A DNA stretch of 64,000 bases from an uncultured Spirochaetota bacterium (GTDB lineage: Bacteria > Spirochaetota > Spirochaetia > SZUA-6 > Fen-1364): the NCBI GenBank assembly GCA_963745235.1, contig CAVUXE010000010.1, positions 55,549 to 119,548 on the forward strand, written 5' to 3'. Made by a program: the position numbers and the translations under genes. Shown one piece after another: positions 43,106 through 52,738 of the stretch. Position 1 is the first letter of the stretch; the number at the start of each line of letters is the position of its first letter. A model generated the notes under the pieces. The model ran no database searches. It had not been told where the DNA came from and saw only the letters and a program-made list of their open reading frames with translations.

Positions 43106-43122
43106 CTGGCACACGACTTGCT
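43106..43122 (+). promoter_or_regulatory. sigma54 (-24/-12) promoter of the soluble CZB chemoreceptor
   Basis: CTGGCACACGACTTGCT (GG-N10-GC); AGGAGG RBS before ATG 43151. Confidence 0.78.
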
Positions 43123-43150
43123 TCCTTACCTGCGAGGATAGGAGGGAATT

Positions 43151-44597
43151 ATGGCAAGGCCTGTTACTCTTGAAGATGCTCTTGCCCTCATGATGGCAGG
43201 GGAGTTCGAATCGGCGCACGAGCAGATCGTGCGTAGCCGCAAGGCCAGCGTGTTGGGAACTCTTCTCCCGAGGCTTCTGGCCCAGAGAGGAGGCGTGAGC
43301 GGCCTGGTAAAGCAAATCTTCTTTCTTGCGACCCAGGTAAGCGCCTTCGATCTGAAGCTTACGTTCGCCAGCTCCGAGATGGGTTGCACATCGAAGGAAC
43401 TTGAGGAGAGGAGCGGTTCGATCAGCGCCTCGATTGGAGAGACCAGCAGCGCGATCAAGGAGATCGCCACTTCGAACAACGATCTCGCGGAGGCGCTGAA
43501 CAGCATCTCCGAGGAATCCCGTGTGGTGAGCGAAAACACGCGCGCAAGCAGAGAGAAGCTTGTCACAATGAAAACACACAACGCCCGGCTGACTCGAGGT
43601 ATCCCGCGCTATGGCGGGCAATCTCGAAGACCTCTTCAAGATCCTCGACGCGGTCAGGGCCACGATCGAGGGCGTTTTCGACATCTCCGACCAGACCAAC
43701 ATGCTCGCGCTGAACGCCTCCATCGAAGCCGCTCGTGCTGGGGAGTCGGGCAGGGGATTCGCCGTGGTCGCGGACGAGGTGCGGCGGCTCTCCGAGACCA
43801 CAAAGTCGAAGGTTCAGTCGATCGACGAATCGCTCAAGCGGCTTCGCGTGGCCTCCGAAAAGACCTCCGTAAGTTCTCACGAGACCGTGGACGAGGTGGC
43901 TGGCATCAACGGTGCCATCGAGTCGATCGCGGGGGCTTTCTCCAGAGACACAGACGCCATCGACAAGATTGCCCAGGATCTCGCGACTATCTCGGCGCGC
44001 AACGAGGAATTGAGTGCGGCGCTCGAGGAAATGACCGCGACCGTCTCTTCGATCTTCAGTGAGGCAAAGGGCCTCAACGAGCTCGGTCAAAAAACCAGCT
44101 CGGCGGGTGCGTCGATCCAGGAGACCGCACGTCTGATGGAGAAGATCGAAAACGAGGTGACACAACTCGCCGGCGAGGGAGGCGAGCTTGCGGCCGACCC
44201 AATCCTCCGGCTGTCAAATGACGACCTGATCGCCGCCGTTGATGCTGCGGTGGCCGCGCACACGAAGTGGATGGATGATCTCGGTTCGATGGTGGAGGCC
44301 ATGACGATCCTGCCACTCCAACTCGACGATCACCGCTGCGGATTCGGGCATTTCTACCATTCCGTTCATCCTCGCGCAGCCGCGGCCGAAGAGATCTGGA
44401 AGTCCGTGGGAGAGAATCACCATGCGCTGGACGCCGGGGGCGGTGCGGTTCTGCAGGCAATCAAAGACGGGAATAGACATGTGGCCCAAGCCGGCTTCCG
44501 GCAGGCGCAGTTGCTCTCGAAGCGCATCGTGTCAGCCCTCGGCGAATTACGGTTGCTTGCCGAGAAGATGAAGACGAAGAATGAGAGCATTCTCTGA
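43151..44597 (+). CDS. Cytoplasmic MCP with C-terminal CZB zinc-binding domain; frameshift near 43580
   Basis: [31 protein letters not shown]; [21 protein letters not shown]; no TM. Confidence 0.88.
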
Positions 44598-44675
44598 TGA
44601 GCCGCTCGTCGACTGCGACGCGACGAGCGTGTAGAAAGCCTCCTCCGTCTTCGGTGGCGAACGGAGTGGTTTCGC

Positions 44676-46946
44676 CTATTGCCTGTCCAATATCTCGCGC
44701 GCCGCAGTGAGCAGTTCTGTGGCACTGAAGGGCTTCTGCAGGAAGTCGATTCCTGCCTCAAGAATCTCGTGATGCGAAATCACACTCGCGGTGTACCCTG
44801 AGATGTAAAGAACTCTTGCGGTGGGAGATATCTCTCGAAGCTTGAGTGCAAGCTCCTTTCCGCTCATTCGCGGCATCACGACATCAACCACCAACAACGC
44901 GACTGAGACGTTACGCGCCCGTACGGCGGCCAAGGCCTCTTCTCCCCCTGACGCTTCGATGACAGTATACCCCGCCTTCTCCAGAGCAATTCTTGCAAGC
45001 CTTCGAACCGCAGAATCATCGTCCACAAGGAGGATTGTCTCCGTCCACCGGGAAGCAGCCACTGGAGCCGGTGCGACCAGGGGCTTGTCAGCTCCCTGAA
45101 AGGTGAGCGGAAGATAGATCGTGAATGTCGTTCCTTTGCCTGGCTCGCTATAACAGGTGATATAGCCTTCGCTCTGTTTGATGATCCCATACACCGTTGA
45201 CAGTCCTAGACCAGTCCCCTTCCCCTTTTCTTTCGTGGTGAAAAAAGGTTCATAGATGTGCGAAAGTGTTTCCTGGTCCATTCCAACGCCCGTGTCGCTC
45301 ATGGCGATTCGCACATATTGCCCGGCTCTTGCCCCTGGGTGATCTTGAACGTACGTTTGATCGAACGTTCGATTTGTCGTCTCTATGGTGAGGTTCCCAC
45401 CCGAAGGCATGGCGTCGCGCGCGTTGACCGCGAGGTTCAAAAGGATCTGCTCCATTTGCCCGGGGTCCGCCAGAAAGTTGCCCGTGTTGGGATCGATGAG
45501 GCTCCGTAGCTCAACATCCTCTCCGATGACTCTCGCCAGCATATTGTGCATCGAGCTAATGAGGTCTCTCGTATCAATGACTCGGGGTCTATAGATTTGC
45601 TTGCGGCTGAACGCCAAGAGCTGTCCGGTGAATGTCGCGGCCCTCTGAGTTGCCTTTGTGATTTCTGCGACATTCTTTTGGTTCTCCACAGACAGCTCGC
45701 CCATGAGCACCTCACAGTAGCCGGCAATGACCTGAAGAATATTGTTGAAGTCGTGGGCAATTCCTCCTGCAAGCCGACCGATCGCCTCCATCTTCTGGGC
45801 TTGAGCAAACTGCTCCTCGAGCCTTTTCGTTTCGGTCACATCGGAGGTAAAATACAAGACAGCCTGCCTGCCCTCCCAATCGATCTTCTGGCCGACGGTT
45901 TCCACCCAGATGACTTTCCCATCCTTCCGCACATCGCGAAAGGTTGTCTTGGGAATGAGATTGTCCTCGGTGCGCGCCCTATATCGTTTCATAGCCGCGC
46001 CCACGTCGTCCTTGTGAATAAGCTCTGCAATCTCTTTCCCCATCATTTCCTGGTGTGAATAGCCGAGCATTTCAAGAAGGTGGCTATTAAAGAATATCAC
46101 TCTCCCCTTTTCGACAACGCTAATGGCCTCAGGAGCAACCTCGATGAGATTTCGATATTTGTTCTCGGAAATGCGGTATTTTCCTTCGCTCTCCCGCAGT
46201 GCTTCTTCTGTCCGTTTCCGTTCGGTGACGTCGGAAGAAAAGTATAAGACCGCTGGCCTTCCTTCCCACTCGATCTTCTGGCCGATGGTTTCCACCCAAA
46301 GGAATTTCCCGTCCTTTCCGACAATACGCGTAATGCTCTTTGGCCGAAGCATGCCGACAGACCGAGCAACGTAGAGCTGCCGCGCATTCTCGTAGTCTTC
46401 AGTGTAAAGGATTGAGCTTATGGGCAGCCCCATCAACTCTTCGCGCGAATAGCCCAGCATCTCGTGTGCAAGGTTATTGAAGAATACCAGTTTTCCGTTT
46501 TCAACGACGAATATTGGTAGGGGAGCAATCTCGATAAGGTTTCTGTACTTCGACTCAGAAAGGTGAAGTAGCTCCGTCGTACGTTTGATCTGGTCGCGGC
46601 TTTGATCCTCCCTCTTCCTCATATTGCTTATGATGAGCACGAATGCCGCATAGCTCGCGCACTCAACGAGAAGCAGGAAAGCAATATAGGCGACGCCGGA
46701 ATGGAACAGAATCTGCTTACCGCTGCCTGCCAGAAACCAGATTACCGAGTTCAGAAGAACGCCCGCGCCCACCGCAACGAACCCGCTCTTCTTGCCCCAG
46801 AGCCACGTGACCGTATAAAGCGGGTAGGCGAAAAGCAATCCGCCCAATCCAATCGGGGAGACAAAATGAGCGACAAGCGGAGCGCCGACAAGATAGCAGA
46901 GAAGCGAGACAGCTATGTTCCACCGCTCAGATATCCGAACAGTCAT
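44676..46946 (-). CDS. Membrane hybrid histidine kinase (TMs-PAS-PAS-HisKA-HATPase-REC)
   Basis: [49 protein letters not shown]. Confidence 0.93.
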   Translation of the reverse strand: MTVRISERWNIAVSLLCYLVGAPLVAHFVSPIGLGGLLFAYPLYTVTWLWGKKSGFVAVGAGVLLNSVIWFLAGSGKQILFHSGVAYIAFLLLVECASYAAFVLIISNMRKREDQSRDQIKRTTELLHLSESKYRNLIEIAPLPIFVVENGKLVFFNNLAHEMLGYSREELMGLPISSILYTEDYENARQLYVARSVGMLRPKSITRIVGKDGKFLWVETIGQKIEWEGRPAVLYFSSDVTERKRTEEALRESEGKYRISENKYRNLIEVAPEAISVVEKGRVIFFNSHLLEMLGYSHQEMMGKEIAELIHKDDVGAAMKRYRARTEDNLIPKTTFRDVRKDGKVIWVETVGQKIDWEGRQAVLYFTSDVTETKRLEEQFAQAQKMEAIGRLAGGIAHDFNNILQVIAGYCEVLMGELSVENQKNVAEITKATQRAATFTGQLLAFSRKQIYRPRVIDTRDLISSMHNMLARVIGEDVELRSLIDPNTGNFLADPGQMEQILLNLAVNARDAMPSGGNLTIETTNRTFDQTYVQDHPGARAGQYVRIAMSDTGVGMDQETLSHIYEPFFTTKEKGKGTGLGLSTVYGIIKQSEGYITCYSEPGKGTTFTIYLPLTFQGADKPLVAPAPVAASRWTETILLVDDDSAVRRLARIALEKAGYTVIEASGGEEALAAVRARNVSVALLVVDVVMPRMSGKELALKLREISPTARVLYISGYTASVISHHEILEAGIDFLQKPFSATELLTAAREILDRQ

Positions 46947-47064
46947 TCCATCGCTCCTCTGCGTGCGTTGCGCAAGACGTAATCTAACATTGTGGCTGCG
47001 AGGGATGGCAATAGTTCCCGGACAGCAAGGAATCCTGCGGGACTTGTCTGGCGTCTCTTGGATA

Positions 47065-48094
47065 TCATAGCCCGCGACTTTCTTGGCTGCAAGGACGCCC
47101 GAGACGTCCCCGGGGTGCGCACAGGGAAATCCCGGAGACTCCCTGACGGGCGGGGGGGCGGATCTTCTTGCACGATGCGCAGATGGGAAGAAGCCCGCCG
47201 AGTCTCTTTACGTTGGCAAGCGCATCACGTAGCTCAGAAACAATTTTCTTCCTCGCCTCCTCGGCTCGCTTGCGTCTGGTGATTGTCACGCAATAGAAGG
47301 GCTCTCCCGATCCGTTTGCCGTTCTTGCTTACAAGCCCCGTGACTGTGATCTCCAGGACCAACCTGCCATCGTCCGTCAGGCTCGGCGTCAGAACTGCGT
47401 CTTCAGCCGTCTTCGCGGGAAAATTGATCAGGCCCGAAACGACATCCCCAAGCTTTTTTCCGATGATCGAAGGATTGACTTTTAGAAATCCGCAAGCCGC
47501 CGGATTCATGTCGACAACACGGTCAAAACAATCAAGGACGACAACTCCCTCCTGTAAGCCTTCTATCAGCGTCGTTCGCGCTCTGGGAATGAGATCGAGA
47601 AAATGCAAACGATTGAAGGCAATCATGATCAGGATGGCGCTGATAGCAAACCCAACGGAGGTTGCGAAAGTACCAAGAGCCATGAAGATAGATTGCCGTC
47701 GTGGCTCCGCTTACCGGCCCAAATATGACACCTCTCCAAATGAGGTGGTGGAACCCATTCGTGAAGGCAAGAACTATGGTGGCCCCTGGAATTGACCAGA
47801 GGGCGGCAAGCATCCAGGGAGACAAGGGCCAGCGGGAGTCGGAATATTGAACGGCGAAAACCAGAAGGAAAGGCGTAACATTGCAGAGACCGATGAGGCC
47901 GAAGGCGGCCCACAAGTACATATGGAGCTCGTCAACCGAGGTTGTCTCCATGGCAGAGAAAAAACACCAAATAGCGATGGAAAGAAACACGAGCGTCAAA
48001 GCTGGTCCGCCGGCGGCCGCGCGCTTGCTCCATGCAAAACCAGCGGTAATGAAAGATATGAAAGATGCTCCTTCGATCCAGCCTACAGCATCAT
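47065..48094 (-). pseudogene. Degraded HisKA_7TM-PAS-CxxC paralog of 19631..20821
   Basis: TNGFHHLIW, PAS (EGLQEGVVVLD), LLPICASCKKIR. About 60 codons missing after HGSWYF and homology lost right after KKIR. Confidence 0.7.
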
Positions 48095-48406
48095 GTCTTG
48101 ACAGGACAGTTGGCTATTTCCAGTAGCACATGATTGTTAAGGGCTTATGAAGTCGCAATATCTGGCGACTACCGGGAGGGCTCACATCAAAGCGCCCATG
48201 GATCGCCAAGCGAACCGAGTTTTTCTCGACGCCAACAGCGCTTTGTTACAGCCGAACCCCAGCGGCATACCCCTGGACTGCCGGCTCGCTGGCCGCCGCG
48301 AGATCCATCTACCGGCGAGCAGGGTTTGTGCGCATAGAGTCGAAGACTCACGAGCTGTAGGGAGCCGTGCGCACCGAGGAACGCTACGACCTCACCCTTG
48401 GCTGAC

Positions 48407-48688
48407 CTACCAGATCTCGAAAAGGAGGGGCTGGACGCCGAGCCCCGAGACGAGGGCTGGGTGCTCTGACCGGGAAAGGTCGACGCAGGACCCACGCTCT
48501 GCAACCGTGTCCCGCGCGCATTCGCTGATCCACGCCGTGCCTGACAGGACGTGCATGTGCCTGCGCGCGCGGGGGATGCGAAGAAGCTCTCCCGGAAGCA
48601 GGGCAATGCGGAGCACCGGCCGCGTCGAGGTCGCGGCAATTCCGCGCGCCGCGCCCTGGAAGATCAAGCTGATATCAGCGCTGCTCAT
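48407..48688 (-). CDS. DUF2917-like small cupin protein
   Basis: L.PGELLRI...HVLSGTAWIS....D; ATGA overlap with the Lrp stop; AGGAG RBS. Confidence 0.6.
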   Translation of the reverse strand: MSSADISLIFQGAARGIAATSTRPVLRIALLPGELLRIPRARRHMHVLSGTAWISECARDTVAERGSCVDLSRSEHPALVSGLGVQPLLFEIW

Positions 48689-49167
48689 GGCAGTTGTCTC
48701 CTTTCCTCCGTCTCCCCGTGTTCCGGCTCGACGTAAGGCGTTTCCTTGTATGAAGAAAGAACAATGTTGGTGACCGACCTGATGAGGTCGGACTTGCTCT
48801 TGATTGCGGACAGGAGCCTCTCCAGCTGCTTCGGTCCGGCTGTCCTGATCTTGAGTATGTAGCAGTCCTCCCCGGCCACGCTGTGGCATTCAAGGATATC
48901 CGGCTCCGTGGCGCACAGCTTCTGAATGAGCTCACTGATCCCCTGGTTGGTCACGCTCAGGCGGACAAAGGCGAGCAGCGGTTTGCCCAGCAGGTCCGCG
49001 TCAACGATCGCTGCATACCTCGTCAGAATGCCCTTTCTTTCGAGCTTCTTGACGCGCTCATGCACGGAAGAGGCCGTCAGGCCCACCGCCTCAGCGATCT
49101 CTGCGTTCGACAATCGGGCGTTTTCCTGAAGGATCGCAATAATCTTTCTGTCTATTGCATCTATCAT
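48685..49167 (-). CDS. Lrp/AsnC family transcriptional regulator
   Basis: IDAIDRKIIAILQENARLS..EIAE.VGL, ERVKKLE..G, ECHSVAGEDCYILK. Confidence 0.95.
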   Translation of the reverse strand: MIDAIDRKIIAILQENARLSNAEIAEAVGLTASSVHERVKKLERKGILTRYAAIVDADLLGKPLLAFVRLSVTNQGISELIQKLCATEPDILECHSVAGEDCYILKIRTAGPKQLERLLSAIKSKSDLIRSVTNIVLSSYKETPYVEPEHGETEERRQLP

Positions 49168-49173
49168 ACATAC

Positions 49174-49297
49174 ACAATATCGGCAAAATTCATTATTGTC
49201 AACTAATATATCGGAAAAATAGAAAAATACCGAATATTATTCGGAAAGACGGCCGCGCGCGCCTTGCCTTGCGCACGCAAGGCCTCTCAGCTACACT
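49174..49297. promoter_or_regulatory. Divergent sigma70 promoters with Lrp-type operator array
   Basis: Minus: TTGACA(49202-49197)-N17-TATTGT-N6-ATG. Plus: TTGCGC(49269)-N17-TACACT-N6-ATG. Palindrome CCGAATA-T-TATTCGG at 49230-49244; ATATCGG half-sites ending 49183 and 49214. Confidence 0.72.
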
Positions 49298-49303
49298 CCC
49301 TCC

Positions 49304-49852
49304 ATGAGAAAGCTCATCCAGCAGTACGCGAAGGACCTGACCTCGGGTCGCCTCGAATCAGGATACGAGCATTCCTTCCGCGTTTACCATCTCACCCGCG
49401 AGATAGGTGAAGAAGGGAGCTACGACGACGAAGTGCTGCACGCCGCCTGCTTCCTGCACGACATCGAGATGTCCGAGGGTCATCCCCGCAGCTCCGCGGA
49501 CAAGGCGGAGGCCATCCTCCATGAAACCGGCTTCGTTCCCGACAAGATAGCCCTGGTTGTGGATGCCATCCTCAACCACATGCCGGGAGGCGCCCCTTCG
49601 ACAACGGAAGCCAAGCTCCTATTCGACGCCAACCTGCTGGATTCCATTGGCGCTGTCGGGTTCGCGCGGCTTTCCGCCGGCGCGGCCGTGTGGTACCGCT
49701 ATTCGACAATGAATGAAGTCCTGGATTACATCACGCGCGAGCTTTCCTTCACCGAGGAGCTCCACTTCGAGACCAGTCGGAAGCTCGCGCTGGAGAAGGT
49801 GGCCTTCACGAAGGCCGCCATCGAGCAGTTCACCAGAGAGCTGCACCTCTAG
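49304..49852 (+). CDS. HD-domain metal-dependent hydrolase
   Basis: EHSFRVY, AACFLHDI, ILNH, DANLLDSIGAVG. Confidence 0.85.
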   Translation: MRKLIQQYAKDLTSGRLESGYEHSFRVYHLTREIGEEGSYDDEVLHAACFLHDIEMSEGHPRSSADKAEAILHETGFVPDKIALVVDAILNHMPGGAPSTTEAKLLFDANLLDSIGAVGFARLSAGAAVWYRYSTMNEVLDYITRELSFTEELHFETSRKLALEKVAFTKAAIEQFTRELHL

Positions 49853-49875
49853 GTCGGCGCCATGCGCAGCCACGG

Positions 49876-51146
49876 ATGGCAGAGGAGCCGGCACGCCGCA
49901 CAGCGGCGCCGCGCGGGAAGCGCGAAAGGCGCCCCACGGTCTTGCGCGGCGGTTTCTCGCGGAAGGCCACCTGATAGATTCCGGCCTCCTCACGCGGATG
50001 CTCAATCTCATCGTGGATGCCGGGGCTGACTACGAGGTGGTGGCCTTCCGGATGGGCAAAGTCCGAACAGATCCCACCAGCCTGGAGCTGGAGGTTACCT
50101 GCACGCGGGAAGACCAGCTCGCCTCGCTCACCAGCCTCCTGGTAACGCAGGGGTGCTACGAGAAATCGGTCGGCGAGGCCCTTGTGCGTCCCGCGCCGAA
50201 GGACTCCTGCGTCCCCGAGGATTTCTACGCGACCACCAACAGGCGGACCCAGGTCTTCCGGGATGGCGCCTGGCGGGACGTGGCGGAGATGCGCATGGAC
50301 GGCGTCATCGTTTCCGGGGATGCCGGACTTTCCTGCCGCCTCATCCGCGACGTAAAGGCCGGGGAAGGCGTCGTGTGCACCAGCCGCTCCGTGCGGGTTT
50401 TTCCGCTCTTTCGGGACGAGGATACGGAGGAGTTCGGCTTCATGTCGAGCGACGTCTCCTCCGAGAGAAGCGTCGATGTCGCAGTCTCGAAGGTGGCGGA
50501 AGAGCTGGCACGCCAGAAGCGGGACGGCGGAAAGGTCATCGTCGTTGCCGGTCCCGTCGTCATCCACACCGGCGGCGGCCCGGCCCTCGCATCCCTGGCA
50601 AGCGGCGGCTACATATCCGGCCTGCTCGCCGGCAATGCGCTCGCGGTCCACGACATCGAGAGCGCGCTGTTCGGGACGTCACTGGGGATCGCGCTTTCCA
50701 CCGGCAAGCCCGTGCAGGAAGGGCACCGCAACCATATCCGGGCGATCAACACCGTCTTCCAGCACGGTTCCATTCGCGCCGCCGTGGAGGCGGGTGCCGT
50801 CGCTCAGGGAGTCATGTTTGCGTGCGTGAAGGCCGGGATCCCGTTCCTGCTTGCCGGCTCGCTGCGCGACGACGGCCCGCTCCCCGAGACGGAGATGGAC
50901 ATGCTTCGCGCCCAGAAAGCGTACATGACCATGGCGCGCGGGGCGTCGCTGGTCATCATGCTGTCCAGCATGCTTCACTCGATCGCCACGGGGAACATGA
51001 TCCCTGCATGGGTGAAGACCATATGCGTTGACATCAACCCCGCTGTCGTGACAAAACTTTCAGACAGAGGCTCCGGCCAGACAATCGGGATCGTGACCGA
51101 CGTCGGCCTCTTCCTCAGATCCCTTGCGGAAAAACTCCAGAGGTAA
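49876..51146 (+). CDS. TIGR00300 (LOR/SDH, ArgZ/AgrE C-terminal-type) ornithine cyclodeaminase-like protein; N-terminal frameshift
   Basis: EGHLIDSG, PEDFYATTN, FGFMSSDVSSER, GPVVIHTG, GNALAVHDIE, GSLRDDGPLP, MLHSIATGN, VDINP..VTKL.DRGS. Confidence 0.88.
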
Positions 51147-51153
51147 GACGTCA

Positions 51154-52734
51154 ATGGACACACAGAGCGCGAGCCCGCGCAACGCACAACCTCCCGCGCG
51201 TGAGCTCCATCCCCTCGAGATCAGGGTCCTGCTCCATGCCACGGGCAATGCGGAGCTGAGCCAGGCAAGCCTCATTTCCGAGCTTTCCTACAACACGGGG
51301 CAGGCCAACCAGGCCCTGAGCTGGCTGGCCGCAAAGGGCTTCGCCGCGGAAAAATCCCGCGCCACGCGGGTGCTCTACGAGATCACCGACTTCGGAAAGG
51401 AGTGCCTGGAGAAGGGCACGTATGAGGAACGGATCATCCGTCTCATCGATGCGGAAGGGCCCATGAGCCTTCCGGAGATCGCGAAGAAGCTCGGGCTGGA
51501 CCCGAAGGACGTCGGCTCCGCGTTCGGCGGGCTTGCAAAGGAAAAAGTGCTCACCATGGACGGGGAGAAGCGCGCTGTCCTGGCCGCGGCCGCCAAGGAT
51601 TCCCTTGTCGGCTCCTCCGCCACAGTCCATGCGCTCCTTGCAAAGGCGGCGGAGACGGGGGCACTGGACGAGAGGACCCTTGCGCCGCGGAGAAGGACCT
51701 TGTCGCTTCCCTCGCGAAAAAGAGGGGAAGCGCGACCAGCCTGTTCCGGCTGGTGGAGCGGGAAGAGGTGACCTTCGTCATCACCCCTGCCGGCGCGCAA
51801 GCGCGCAGGCAGCTCGAGCGCGCCGGGACCACCGGAGAGGAGTCCGGCGCCCTGACCCCGGAGATGCTGAAGACGGGCGCCTGGAAGAACGTGCGGTTTC
51901 GCCGCTACAACATCGACGTGCCGCCGACCCGGGTGCTCCCGGGCCGCAGCAACCCCTACTGCGTGTTCCTGGAGCGCCTGAAAGACAAGCTCTGCGTCCC
52001 TCGGCTTCGAGGAGTTCGACGGTCCGCTCGTCGAAACCGAGTTCTGGAACGGGGATGCCCTGTTCATGCCCCAGTTCCATTCCGCGCGGGACATCCACGA
52101 CGTGTACTACATGAAGGACCCCACCCACGCGAAGGAGATCGAGCAGCCGTGGCTGGACCAGGTCGCAGCCACGCATGAAAACGGCTGGACCACGGGCAGC
52201 AGGGGATGGGGATACGGCTTCGACCGACGGTTCACGCGGCGGCTCATCCTGCGCAGCCAGGGCACGGTGCTTTCAGCCAAGACCCTGCCCCGCGCAAAAG
52301 TGCCGGGCAAGTATTTCGGCGTCGTCCGCTGCTTCCGCTACGACCGGGTGGACGCCACGCACCTTGCTGACTTCTACCAGACCGAGGGGATCGTCCTCGG
52401 GGAAGAGGTCAACCTCCGGACGCTCCTGGGCCTCCTGAAGATGTTCGCGACCGAGGTGGCCATGGCGAAGGAGGTCAAGTACGTGCCCGGCTTCTTTCCG
52501 TTCACGGAGCCGTCGGTGGAGGTGCACATCAAGCACCCGACCCTGGGCTGGTTCGAGCTTGGAGGATCGGGGATCTTCCGGCCCGAGGTGACGGAGCCCC
52601 TGGGCGTGAAGGTCCCGGTCCTGGCCTGGGGCCTGGGGATCGACAGGATGGCCCTGACCTCGATGGGGCTGCACGACATCCGGGAGCTGTTCTCCAGCTC
52701 CATCGAGGATGTGCGGACACGGAGGATGGGCTGA
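51154..52734 (+). CDS. pheS: Phenylalanine--tRNA ligase alpha subunit, archaeal/eukaryal type; frameshifts near 51690 and 52000
   Basis: Long N-terminal winged-helix region; FWN.DALFMPQFHSARD, FRYDRVDATH, FPFTEPS, GIFRPE, AWGLGIDR. Confidence 0.93.
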
Positions 52735-52738
52735 CACC

